Positions 16,534-24,941 of a DNA stretch of 54,179 nucleotides are shown piece by piece. Below the pieces are notes generated by a model. The model worked only from the letters and a program-made list of their open reading frames with translations. It did no database searches and had not been told where the DNA came from. Position 1 is the first letter of the stretch, and the number at the start of each line of letters is the position of its first letter. A program made the position numbers and the translations under genes. This stretch comes from an uncultured Enterobacterales bacterium (GTDB taxonomy: Bacteria; Myxococcota_A; UBA796; CAJQPC01): the NCBI GenBank assembly GCA_964344945.1, contig CAYFPX010000001.1:46515-100693 (forward strand), in the 5' to 3' direction.

Positions 16534-18200
16534 TCGCCTCCTGAGGCCACCCCCGCCGGCTGGCCGCCCTTGCGGGGATCGCTGGCGCCCTCGAGGCCCC
16601 GCTCGCCCAGGTGCACCGCCTGCACCGCCGAGCGGAACGCGAACTGCTTCAGCGCGTGGCCCCGGGCCAGCAGGTTCGCCTGCACGTCCAGGGGGATGCC
16701 CTCGTCGACGAACAGGGTGGCCGGCACCCACTGGTGGTGGATGCGCGGCACGCTCACGGCCTCGCTCACGTCCATGCCGAAGTCCAGGACGTTGCTGATC
16801 ACCTGCAGGGTGCTGGAGATGATGAACGGCCCGCCGGACCCGCCGACCGCCAGCACCACCCGCCCCTCGGGATCCAGCACCAGGGTCGGTGTCATGCTGC
16901 TGAGGGGCTTCTTGCCCGGCTGCACCGCGTTGGCCTCGCGCCCCACCAGGCCGTAGGTGTTCGGCACCCCTGGCTTGGCGACGAAGTCGTCCATCTCGTT
17001 GTTGAGCACGATGCCGGTCTCCGGCGCCACGATCGAACTGCCATAGGAGGTGTTGATGGTGCTGGTCAGCGCCACCGCCATCCCGTCGCCGTCGATGACG
17101 GAGACGTGGGAGGTGCCGGCGTCTGGGGGCGGCGCGACGAGGGGCCCGTAGTACGCGAGGGGAAAGGTCCGGTCGGGATCGATGGCGTCCTGGATCTCTC
17201 GGATGCGCTCGGGGGTCAACAAGCGGCCGATGGGCACCTCCGTGAAGTCCGGATCGCCCATGTAGGCGGCCCGGTCCGCGTAGGCGTGCTGGAACGCCTC
17301 GGCGAGCAGGTGGAGGTGCTCGCTGCCGTTGTGCCCGAGGCCCCCGACGTTGGCCTCCTCCAGCACGGCCAGCACCTGCAGCAGCACCGCTCCTCCGGAG
17401 GACGGCGGCGGCATGGTGAGCACGGTGTGGCCCCGGTAGGTGCCCACGAGCACCTCCCGCGACCGGGGCTGGTAGGCGGCCAGGTCGGTCTCGGTGAGGA
17501 TGCCGTCTGCCGCCTGGACGGCCGCCACCAGGTCGGCGGCGCCGGCGCCGGTGTGCAGATCCTCGCCAGCGGTCCTCGCCCAGGCCCTCAGCGCCTTGGC
17601 CAGCCGCGGGCGTGTCACGGTCCGGCCGGGCACCGCCGGCCCCTCGAAGCCCACCAGCAGCTGGGCCATCAGCTCCGGCTTCTTCGCCAGGCTGTCCGCC
17701 GCGTGGCCGTTGAGCGGGAAGCCGCGGGCCGCGAGGCGCAGGGCCGGCGCCGCGACCGCGCGGGGGGTCAGGCGGCCGTGCTCGGCCAGCAGGCGGGCCA
17801 GGCCACGGGACTCCCCAGGCACCGCCACGGCGAGGCCGCTTCCGGTGGACAGTCCCGGGACCACCTCGCCAGCGTCGTCGAGGAACATGTCGGCGTGGCC
17901 CGCCGCTGGGGCGACCTCGCGGAAGTCGAGCACGTGGGTCTCACCCCCCACGTGCACCACGGCGAAGCCCCCACCGCCCAGTCCAGCGGCCGAGGCCTGC
18001 ACGACCCCCTCGGCCAGTGCCGCTGCCACGGCGGCATCCACGGCGTTTCCCCCGGCCTTGAGGATGCCAGCGCCCGCCCGGGAGCTCAGCGGGTGGTCCG
18101 CAGCCACGACGCCGGCTGGCCCTCGTACCGGCGGCGGCGCGGCGCCGAGGGCGGTGGCGAGGCCCACCAGGGCCAGCAAGGCGACGAGAGGAGCGCGCAT
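16527..18200 (-). CDS. ggt: gamma-glutamyltransferase
   Basis: A signal peptide (MRAPLVALLALVGLATALGA) is followed by AGILKAGGNAVDAAVA and the autoprocessing/nucleophile region GTSHVSVIDGDGMAVALTSTINTSYGS. ATG is at 18200. Confidence 0.9.
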   Translation of the reverse strand: MRAPLVALLALVGLATALGAAPPPVRGPAGVVAADHPLSSRAGAGILKAGGNAVDAAVAAALAEGVVQASAAGLGGGGFAVVHVGGETHVLDFREVAPAAGHADMFLDDAGEVVPGLSTGSGLAVAVPGESRGLARLLAEHGRLTPRAVAAPALRLAARGFPLNGHAADSLAKKPELMAQLLVGFEGPAVPGRTVTRPRLAKALRAWARTAGEDLHTGAGAADLVAAVQAADGILTETDLAAYQPRSREVLVGTYRGHTVLTMPPPSSGGAVLLQVLAVLEEANVGGLGHNGSEHLHLLAEAFQHAYADRAAYMGDPDFTEVPIGRLLTPERIREIQDAIDPDRTFPLAYYGPLVAPPPDAGTSHVSVIDGDGMAVALTSTINTSYGSSIVAPETGIVLNNEMDDFVAKPGVPNTYGLVGREANAVQPGKKPLSSMTPTLVLDPEGRVVLAVGGSGGPFIISSTLQVISNVLDFGMDVSEAVSVPRIHHQWVPATLFVDEGIPLDVQANLLARGHALKQFAFRSAVQAVHLGERGLEGASDPRKGGQPAGVASGGDQ

Positions 18201-18208
18201 GGGGAATC

Positions 18209-19213
18209 CTAGACGAGATCGAAGACGAACCAGAGAGCGGCCACCACCAGGCCCAGGGCCCAGCGGCCGAGCCCGTGGCGCCAGAGCCCGGTCCAGACCA
18301 GGGGTCCGACCCCCCCGAGGACGAGGCCGGTGACCAGGGCGGTGGGCAGCATCGGCTGATCGAGCAGGTGCGTGGTGTCCAGCGCACCGTGCAGCAGGAG
18401 CCCCACCCCCACCTCGCTGCCCACCGACGCGGCCAGGGCGGTGGCGACGCAGACACCGGCCAGCCCCGGGCCGCCCAGTCCCGCGAGCCACTCCAGGCCC
18501 CACCGCAGCTCGTGCAGGACGCCGGCGTGCCGGGTGAGCCAGACCAGGCCCCCGAGCAGCGCCAGGCCGAGGGTGTCGCGGAGCAGCCCCGGCGCCCGGG
18601 CCCCTCGGGCCGCGAGCACCAGCGCACCGCCCCCGAGCAGGAACGGCAGGTGATCCTGGAAGAGGGCCGCCGCCACCCCCACCGTCACCACCAGCGCGGT
18701 CACGGGCGGCGAGCCCTGCTGGTCCACCCGGCCCGGCGGAGCGGCGATGAGCAGCAGCACCCCGGCGAGGACCACGGGCGCCTCCCCGCCGAGACCCGCC
18801 GAGGAGGCGGCCGTGCCGGGCAGCGCGAGCCAGCCGCCGGCCAGGGCGCCGAGCACCCAGCGGGCCGCGATCCCGGGACTCGGCGCCAGGGGCGCGAGCA
18901 GCAGGGCGGCGCCCCAGTCCCCGATGAAGGCCCCCAGCGCCGGGGCCACCAGCCAGGCCGGGCCCCGCAGCCAGGGTCCCCCCGCGGCCGCGGCGAGACG
19001 GGTGAAGGCGACCCAGGCGAGCAGGGAGAGCAGGCCGACGTGGGGCGAGCCAGCGGCGAAGCTGCCCGCCAGGGCCTGGAGCCCCCAGGCCAGGGGCAGC
19101 CCGACCACCAGGGCGAGGCCCAGGGCCGGGACCCGCCACCGGCTGCGCCACGGCACCAGGGCGAGGCCCACCAGAGCCCCGAGCACCACGGCGTTGCGGA
19201 CGAGCTCCTCCAC
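18209..19213 (-). CDS. polytopic integral membrane protein (unassigned family)
   Basis: The 334-aa product is almost entirely hydrophobic Gly/Ala/Leu-rich segments (about 9-10 predicted TM helices). It is tightly packed between the FAH gene (4-nt gap) and ggt (8-nt gap). Confidence 0.7.
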   Translation of the reverse strand: MEELVRNAVVLGALVGLALVPWRSRWRVPALGLALVVGLPLAWGLQALAGSFAAGSPHVGLLSLLAWVAFTRLAAAAGGPWLRGPAWLVAPALGAFIGDWGAALLLAPLAPSPGIAARWVLGALAGGWLALPGTAASSAGLGGEAPVVLAGVLLLIAAPPGRVDQQGSPPVTALVVTVGVAAALFQDHLPFLLGGGALVLAARGARAPGLLRDTLGLALLGGLVWLTRHAGVLHELRWGLEWLAGLGGPGLAGVCVATALAASVGSEVGVGLLLHGALDTTHLLDQPMLPTALVTGLVLGGVGPLVWTGLWRHGLGRWALGLVVAALWFVFDLV

Positions 19214-19217
19214 GCAC

Positions 19218-19882
19218 TCAGCCCCGCGCGACGACCGGGTTGCGCAGCACCCCGACGCCGTCGACCTCGACCTCGACCCGCTGGCCCGGGGCCAGCGGTC
19301 CGACCCCGGCGGGTGTGCCGGTCGCGATCACGTCCCCCGGCTCCAGGGTCATCACCTCGCTCACGAAGGCGATCAGCTGGGCCACGCCGAAGACCATGTC
19401 GTCGGTCACGCCGTCCTGGCGCAGCACGCCGTCGACCCGGCAGCGAACCGCCCTCCCCCGCCAGTGGTGACCCAGGGCGACCACGGGGCCGATGGGGCAG
19501 AACCCGTCCCGGGACTTGCCCCGGGTGAAGGTGCCGTCGAAGCGCTGGTGGTCGCGACAGGTGACGTCGTTGACGCAGGTGAGGCCCAGGACCACCTCGT
19601 GGGCCCGATCACGGCGCTGGGAGCCATCAGGAAGATCTTGGGGACCGTGGGCACCGCGTTGCCCAGCTCCGCGGCGTGGGCCCGGTAGTTCCGGCCGATG
19701 CCGACCACCTTGGAGGGGGTGACCGGGCACAGCAGGCGGACCTCCTCCGGCCCCAGCACCTCACCGGTCTCCCGCCCGGGACCCCAGAGGGGGCCCTCGA
19801 GCAGGACCACCCGGTCCTCACTCAGCCGCGCTGTCGACACCCGGCCCGAGGGCGTGCGCACCCGGGCGCGATGTTCAGCCAT
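19218..19882 (-). pseudogene. fumarylacetoacetate hydrolase (FAH) family protein with internal deletion and frameshift
   Basis: The N-terminal part ([16 protein letters not shown]...[13 protein letters not shown]) is in frame 19882. The C-terminal part ([18 protein letters not shown]...TLEPGDVIATGTPAGVGPL) is in frame 19730. The usual block of about 40 residues between them (P...dyE.ELavVIG...) is absent. Length is 3n+2. Confidence 0.7.
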
Positions 19883-20630
19883 CGACCTGGCGCTCGAGCT
19901 CCTCCATCGCCTCGATGGGGTCGGCCAGGAAGAGCAGCAGGCCCCGCCAGACCCACTTCTGCCAGATCACGTCGCTGATCCGGCCCTGGGCCACGGCCAG
20001 GTGGCAGCGGGGCAGCTCGCCGCCGTAGCTCTCGGAGATGTCCTCCCAGACCGCCTCGAATTCCGCCTCGTCGGGTCGGTAGCCGACGAAGAACAGCACG
20101 TGGTCCTTGAGCAGGCCCCGCCAGCGCTTCTTGTGGTCCGGCGGGTGGCTCACCTCGCGGCGCTCGCCCTGGGTGAGGGTCAGGGTGTCCGGCCGCTCGA
20201 AGCCCCCCCAGTACTTGTAGACATACCGCTTCATCGGGTCGGGCTTGGGGATGGACTGGCCCCGGTAGAGCACCTCGGCGGGCGCCCCCAGCTGGACCGC
20301 CGCCCGCTCCAGCAGGTCGTCGGGGGCGCTGGTGAAGATCAGCGGGAAGCGCTTGATGGCGATGCGGTGGAAGTCCGTCGGGGCGACTTCGTCGACGCTC
20401 AGCCAGTCCTGGAGGGCCTCGGCCACGGCCTCGCGCCCGCCCCGGGCCCGCACGCCCGAGAGGGCTTCCTCGAGGGAAGCCCGGGAGCCGTGGATCTTGC
20501 GGGCGAGCTGCTTCTCTCCCGGGTACTTCAGGCCGGCCTCGGCGGCGGCCTCCAAGGAGGCGCGGCGGCCGACGAAGAGCACGCACTTGCCCGAGTTCAC
20601 GGCCTCGACGACTTCGACGGGCAGGTTCAT
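19875..20630 (-). CDS. SIR2-like (SIR2_2-type) domain protein with substituted catalytic residues
   Basis: The fold markers are present: [11 protein letters not shown] (in place of GAGxS), [15 protein letters not shown] (in place of TTNYDxLLE), VYKYWGG (in place of KLHG) and [14 protein letters not shown]. The ATG at 20630 overlaps the pfkB stop (ATGA). Its own stop overlaps the FAH start by 8 nt. Confidence 0.65.
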   Translation of the reverse strand: MNLPVEVVEAVNSGKCVLFVGRRASLEAAAEAGLKYPGEKQLARKIHGSRASLEEALSGVRARGGREAVAEALQDWLSVDEVAPTDFHRIAIKRFPLIFTSAPDDLLERAAVQLGAPAEVLYRGQSIPKPDPMKRYVYKYWGGFERPDTLTLTQGERREVSHPPDHKKRWRGLLKDHVLFFVGYRPDEAEFEAVWEDISESYGGELPRCHLAVAQGRISDVIWQKWVWRGLLLFLADPIEAMEELERQVDG

Positions 20631-21628
20631 GAGGAGCTCTCCGGTGCGGCGGCGCCGACGCAGTCCCGCAAGACCGGCTTGTCGCGGCAGACCGCGCCCA
20701 TCTGGCGGACGGTGTGGCTGGCGACCCGGGAGCCCAGGTCGCCGGCGTGGGTGAGGGGCCAGTCGTGCAGCCAGCCGTAGAGGAAGCCCGCTGCGTAGGC
20801 GTCGCCGGCGCCGGTGGTGTCGACGGCCTCGACCAGGTGGGGCTCGATGGCCGTGGTCTGGCCCCCGTGCTTGATCAGGGAGCCACGGGCGCCGAGCTTC
20901 ACCACCGTGAGGTCGACCACCTCGGCCACGGCGTCGAGGGCCTGCTCCGGGGGCAGGCCGGTCAGGGCGGAGGCCTCGTCGCTGTTGAGGAAGGCCAGGC
21001 TGGCGTACTCCCGGAGCACCTGCCACAAGGCGTCCTTGACCACGCCCACCACGAAGGGGTCCGCCACGTCCAGGGCGATGGGCACGCCCGCCTCCCGGGC
21101 GATGTCCATCGCCTGCCAGGTGGCCTCGACCATCGGCCCGCCGAGCAGGAGGTAGCCCGTGACGTAGAGCAGCCGGCTCTGGCGGATGGTCTCGGCGAAG
21201 TCGCCCACGTGGGGCAGCTCCACGGCGGCGCCCAGGTCCGTGAGCATCGTGCGCTCGGCGTCTGGGGTGACGATGGAGAGGCACTTGCCGGTGTTGCGGG
21301 CGTCGGTGACGTGCAGCGAGTGGCCACCGCAGGCGCTGGCGAGTCCCGCGGCGTAGACCCGGCCGAGCTCGTCGTCGCCGATCTGGCCGCAGAAGACGCT
21401 CCGGGCGCCCATCAGGGCCAGGGCGGAGATCGTGTTGGCGCAGGAGCCCCCGGGGTGCAGCTCGATGCCCCGCTCCTCGAGCCGGGCGTAGATCTCGCTC
21501 CAGCGGTTGTGGTCCACCGGGTGCATCTGGCCCTTGGTGAGCTCCAGCGTGGCGAGCAGCGCGTCGTCATCGATCCGGACCAGGGCGTCGACCAGCGCGT
21601 TGCCGAGCCCCGCGACGTCGTTCGTCAT
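20627..21628 (-). CDS. PfkB-family carbohydrate/nucleoside kinase (adenosine-kinase-like)
   Basis: GLGNALVDAL, GGSCANT and the C-terminal VDTTGAGDAYAAGFLYG (DTxGAGD) motif are present. ATG at 21628 is preceded by GGAGG. Confidence 0.85.
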   Translation of the reverse strand: MTNDVAGLGNALVDALVRIDDDALLATLELTKGQMHPVDHNRWSEIYARLEERGIELHPGGSCANTISALALMGARSVFCGQIGDDELGRVYAAGLASACGGHSLHVTDARNTGKCLSIVTPDAERTMLTDLGAAVELPHVGDFAETIRQSRLLYVTGYLLLGGPMVEATWQAMDIAREAGVPIALDVADPFVVGVVKDALWQVLREYASLAFLNSDEASALTGLPPEQALDAVAEVVDLTVVKLGARGSLIKHGGQTTAIEPHLVEAVDTTGAGDAYAAGFLYGWLHDWPLTHAGDLGSRVASHTVRQMGAVCRDKPVLRDCVGAAAPESSS

Positions 21629-21680
21629 GCGACCTCCGTGGCCGGCGCCTATCGCATCCCCCAGGGGCACGCGAGCGGTG

Positions 21681-21728
21681 CGGTGGTCGGTGGTGACCCC
21701 CCGCTTCGGTGGTCGGTGTGACCGACCG
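21681..21728. repeat. direct repeat cggtggtcggtg(g)tgacc x2, the second copy containing a 7-bp-arm palindrome
   Basis: Copies lie at 21681-21698 and 21707-21723. The palindrome GGTCGGT-gtg-ACCGACC is at 21712-21728. Both sit in the 120-nt divergent region between pfkB (start 21628) and the UPF0104 gene (start 21749). Confidence 0.6.
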
Positions 21729-21748
21729 TCCTCCGCTACACTCCCGGC

Positions 21749-22789
21749 ATGGAGCGACCCCGCCGCCGCCTGGGCCTCCGGACCTGGATCGGGCTCGGTC
21801 TCTCGGCGGTCCTCACCGGCTGGTTCGTGTGGCACATCCAGTGGGGTGACCTCGCGATCGCACTGGGCCAGGTGGCGCTGTTGCCGGTGGCCCTGGCAGC
21901 CGCCCTGCTGTTGCTGGAGTGGGTCTTGCGCTCGCTCCGGTGGAAGGTGCTCCTGCGGCCGGTGGCGCCGGATGCACCGGTCGGGGCACTGTTCTCGGCC
22001 TCGGTGATCGGTGCGGCGGCGAACACGCTGCTGCCCGCCCGCGCTGGCGAGGTGGCCAAGCCGCTGGTGGCCCACCGCAAGCTGGGCATCGGGCTCGGTC
22101 CCCTGATCGCCTCCAACGTCATGGAGCGGGTCTTCGACCTGGTCGGGCTGGTCGCGGTGCTGATCGTGACCATCGTGGCGATGCCCGAGCAGATCGGGGC
22201 CAGCGAGCAGGATCTGGTCCTGGTCCAGAAGCTGAAGCTCTACGGCGGGGTCCTGGGGGCGGTGGCGGCGACGAGCCTGGGGGTCTTCTTCGTGCTCGTG
22301 GACCGAGGTTCCGCCGCCCGGGGCACCTTCGCCCGCCTCCTCTCCCCGGCTCCGCCGCCGGTGCAGCGGGTCTTCCTGCGGCTCTTCGACGGCTTCCTGG
22401 AGGGGCTGGGCAGCACCCGGGACCGCAAGGGACTGCTCCAGGCGGCGCTGCTGTCGCTGGCGATCTGGTTCAACGGCGCGGCCGCCATCGCCTGCCTCTT
22501 CGTGGCCTTCGAGCTCCCGCTGCCCTTCGCGGCGGCCTGCTTCACGGCCGTGGCCATCGCCATCGCGGTGGTGGTGCCCCAGGCGCCGGGCTTCCTCGGC
22601 ACCTTCCACGTGGTCATCGAGAAGACCCTGGTGCTCTGGGCCGTGGCCGCGACTCCCGCCGCGGCCTACGCGATCGTGTTCTGGGCGGTCTCCTTCGTGC
22701 CGGTGACCGGCACGGGGCTCCTGGCCCTGTGGCGGGAGGGGCTGACCCTCGGTGGGCTGTGGCAGAGCAATCCTCCCGCGCCGGAGTAG
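21749..22789 (+). CDS. lysylphosphatidylglycerol-synthase-TM-region (UPF0104/YbhN-like) membrane protein
   Basis: The N-terminal basic stretch is followed by multiple TM segments. The family hallmarks LRSLRWKVLL...LLPARAGEVAKP are present. Confidence 0.75.
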   Translation: MERPRRRLGLRTWIGLGLSAVLTGWFVWHIQWGDLAIALGQVALLPVALAAALLLLEWVLRSLRWKVLLRPVAPDAPVGALFSASVIGAAANTLLPARAGEVAKPLVAHRKLGIGLGPLIASNVMERVFDLVGLVAVLIVTIVAMPEQIGASEQDLVLVQKLKLYGGVLGAVAATSLGVFFVLVDRGSAARGTFARLLSPAPPPVQRVFLRLFDGFLEGLGSTRDRKGLLQAALLSLAIWFNGAAAIACLFVAFELPLPFAAACFTAVAIAIAVVVPQAPGFLGTFHVVIEKTLVLWAVAATPAAAYAIVFWAVSFVPVTGTGLLALWREGLTLGGLWQSNPPAPE

Positions 22790-24243
22790 CCGCCGCCTGG
22801 CTCCTGGCCCTGGCGTGGGGTGTGCTGCCGGCCCTGGGGCCGCTGGTGCGAGGGGAGCTCATCGGGCAGCCCTTCACGGACCTCTACCCGGCGGTCTGGG
22901 GCCTGGACTGGTTCGTGTCCCAGCAGCCGGGGCTGCCGTCCTGGTGCGACCGCCTGGCTGCGCCCGCAGGCATGCCCTTCGCCTACTCGAGTCCCCTGCA
23001 CGGCTGGGCAGCCTGGCCTCTGCACGCGCTCTTCGGGCTGACGGTGGCCTGGAACGGCACCGTGCTCGCGGCGCGGGTGGCGACGGTGCTGGTGGCCTGG
23101 TGGGCCGGGCGCTGCTGGGGGCTGAGCGAGCGCGGCGCCCTGGTCGCCGCCGCGGTCTTCGGTGCCGCCCCGTTCTTCCAGGGCTACGCCGTCGAGGGCA
23201 TCGTGGAGGGCACCGACGGCTGGACCCTGGCCCTGTTCCTGGGCGCGGTGGCGGCCCGGAAGCCGACGCTGGCGGTGGCGGGCTTCGCGCTGTCCGTGGC
23301 GTCGAGCTGGTATGTCGCAGCGGTGGCCTGTGTGCTGGCCCTGTGCCTGGGCCCCTGGGCCTGGGCGGCGGCGGCCGGCGGGCTGGTGCTCGCGGCGCCC
23401 CTGCTCTGGACCTTCCTGGGCGCCTTTCCCGGCGGGGCACCCCTCGACCCCGCCGTGCGCGCAGCGATGGGGGCGAGCGTGGGGCTCTCCCCGCCCGGTC
23501 TACGAGAGGGCCTGAACCCCTTCGCGATGACCACCTGGACCGGCCTCGTGGCCCCGGTGCTGGGCCTGGTGGCGCTCTGGCACCGGGTTCGAGCCCGCCG
23601 GGTGGCCGGGGCCCTGGCGCTCTGTGCTCTGCTGTCCTTCGGCGTCGGACCGGTCTACGAGCTGCCGCTGTTCTCCTCGATCCGGTTCCCCTACCGCTTC
23701 CACGCCGGCACCCTCGCGGCCCTCGCGCTGCTCGCGGGCTGGGGCGCCGAGCGCTGGCGCTGGGGCGCCTGGCTCGCGCCACTGATCGTGCTCGAAGGCC
23801 TGCTCCTGGGGCCCATCGAGCCGCTCCTGCCCGGCGCCCCCGCCGAGGTGCCAGCGCTCTACGAGGGCCTCGACGGCGAGGTCCTGCTGGACCTGCCCGG
23901 ACCGGTCGCCCTGCCCCCCGGCGAGCGCAACCCCTCCCGACCTCGGGCCCGGTGGTTCCTCTACGCCCAGGCCGCCCACGGCCTGGCAAGCCCCTGGGCG
24001 CCGGACTTCAACAGCGTCGGCGCGGTCGGGCGGGAGCAGGGGCTCGAAGCGGCTCGGGCCCTGGACCCTCTGCTGCGCCAGCCGGTGCCCGAGCGCCTGG
24101 ACCTGCCGCCCTGGATCGACCACGTGGTCGTGCACCACCGCGAGCTCCGGACCCGGTCCGACGACGCCCACCGCCTGCTGCTGGCCGAGGGCTGGCTCCC
24201 GGTGGCGGAAGACGCGGACCGCCGACGCTACGCGAGGCCCTGA
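22759..24243 (+). CDS. large polytopic membrane protein (possible glycosyltransferase-C-like); start uncertain
   Basis: The region after AAAWLLALAWGVLPALG is hydrophobic and Trp-rich and is followed by a soluble C-terminal domain. Candidate starts are GTG 22759 and GTG 22822. The upstream part of ORF 21919..24243 overlaps the previous gene. Confidence 0.6.
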   Translation: MAEQSSRAGVAAAWLLALAWGVLPALGPLVRGELIGQPFTDLYPAVWGLDWFVSQQPGLPSWCDRLAAPAGMPFAYSSPLHGWAAWPLHALFGLTVAWNGTVLAARVATVLVAWWAGRCWGLSERGALVAAAVFGAAPFFQGYAVEGIVEGTDGWTLALFLGAVAARKPTLAVAGFALSVASSWYVAAVACVLALCLGPWAWAAAAGGLVLAAPLLWTFLGAFPGGAPLDPAVRAAMGASVGLSPPGLREGLNPFAMTTWTGLVAPVLGLVALWHRVRARRVAGALALCALLSFGVGPVYELPLFSSIRFPYRFHAGTLAALALLAGWGAERWRWGAWLAPLIVLEGLLLGPIEPLLPGAPAEVPALYEGLDGEVLLDLPGPVALPPGERNPSRPRARWFLYAQAAHGLASPWAPDFNSVGAVGREQGLEAARALDPLLRQPVPERLDLPPWIDHVVVHHRELRTRSDDAHRLLLAEGWLPVAEDADRRRYARP

Positions 24244-24941
24244 ACGTCCTCCCAGAGCGGCGCCAGGGCTGCGATCAGCGCTTGGGGGTGGGACAGCCAG
24301 GGCCGGTGACCCCCGGGGACCCTGAGCAGGGGCCCCCCCACGGCTTCGTCGCCCCAGGGCGCCATCGGGTCGGCGTCGCCCAGGACGGTGGTGAAGCGCT
24401 GGTGGGGCGCTGCGGCGACCTCCCAGCGGAGCACACCCTCGAGACGGCCGAGCAGCACCTCTGCTGGCAGCCCCCGGCGGGTGATTCGAGCCACCAGGGG
24501 CGCCCCCAGACCATCGGCCAGCAGGCTGCGACGCAGGTGCGCCCGATAGGCGACCTCGATCACGGCCGGTGGGAGCGCCGAGAGGGTGCGGGCCTGCCAG
24601 CGGGTGCGACGTCGGATGAACTCCGGACGCGGCAGGCTCGCCACCACCGCAGCGGTGCGGATGCAGCTGCTCGGCAGCGTGCGCAACACCAGGCCGCCGT
24701 AGGACCCGGTGAGCCAGTCCGCGGGCCGGTCGAGCCAGGTCGGCACCCGGGTGGCGAGCAGGAAGCCCGCCTTGCGTGGAGACCCCGCGGGCAGATCGAA
24801 GAGCAGGGTGCGGCGGCCGGTGAGGCGGGCGAAGGGCGCGAAGACCCGAGCGTCGCCCTGCAGTCCCGGCAGACAGGCCAGCGGCGGCCCGGCGCCGGGG
24901 ATCTCTCGGACGCCCGGAGCGAGCTCGCGCAGGTCGCTCAG
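24228..24941 (-). CDS. alpha/beta hydrolase fold protein, apparent CTG start
   Basis: PLACLPGLQGDARVFAPFARL...LLFDLPAG and the nucleophile elbow LTGSYGG are present. No ATG, GTG or TTG lies between the upstream gene's stop and residue 60. CTG at 24941-24939 overlaps that stop (CTGA). Confidence 0.6.
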   Translation of the reverse strand: MSDLRELAPGVREIPGAGPPLACLPGLQGDARVFAPFARLTGRRTLLFDLPAGSPRKAGFLLATRVPTWLDRPADWLTGSYGGLVLRTLPSSCIRTAAVVASLPRPEFIRRRTRWQARTLSALPPAVIEVAYRAHLRRSLLADGLGAPLVARITRRGLPAEVLLGRLEGVLRWEVAAAPHQRFTTVLGDADPMAPWGDEAVGGPLLRVPGGHRPWLSHPQALIAALAPLWEDVQGLA

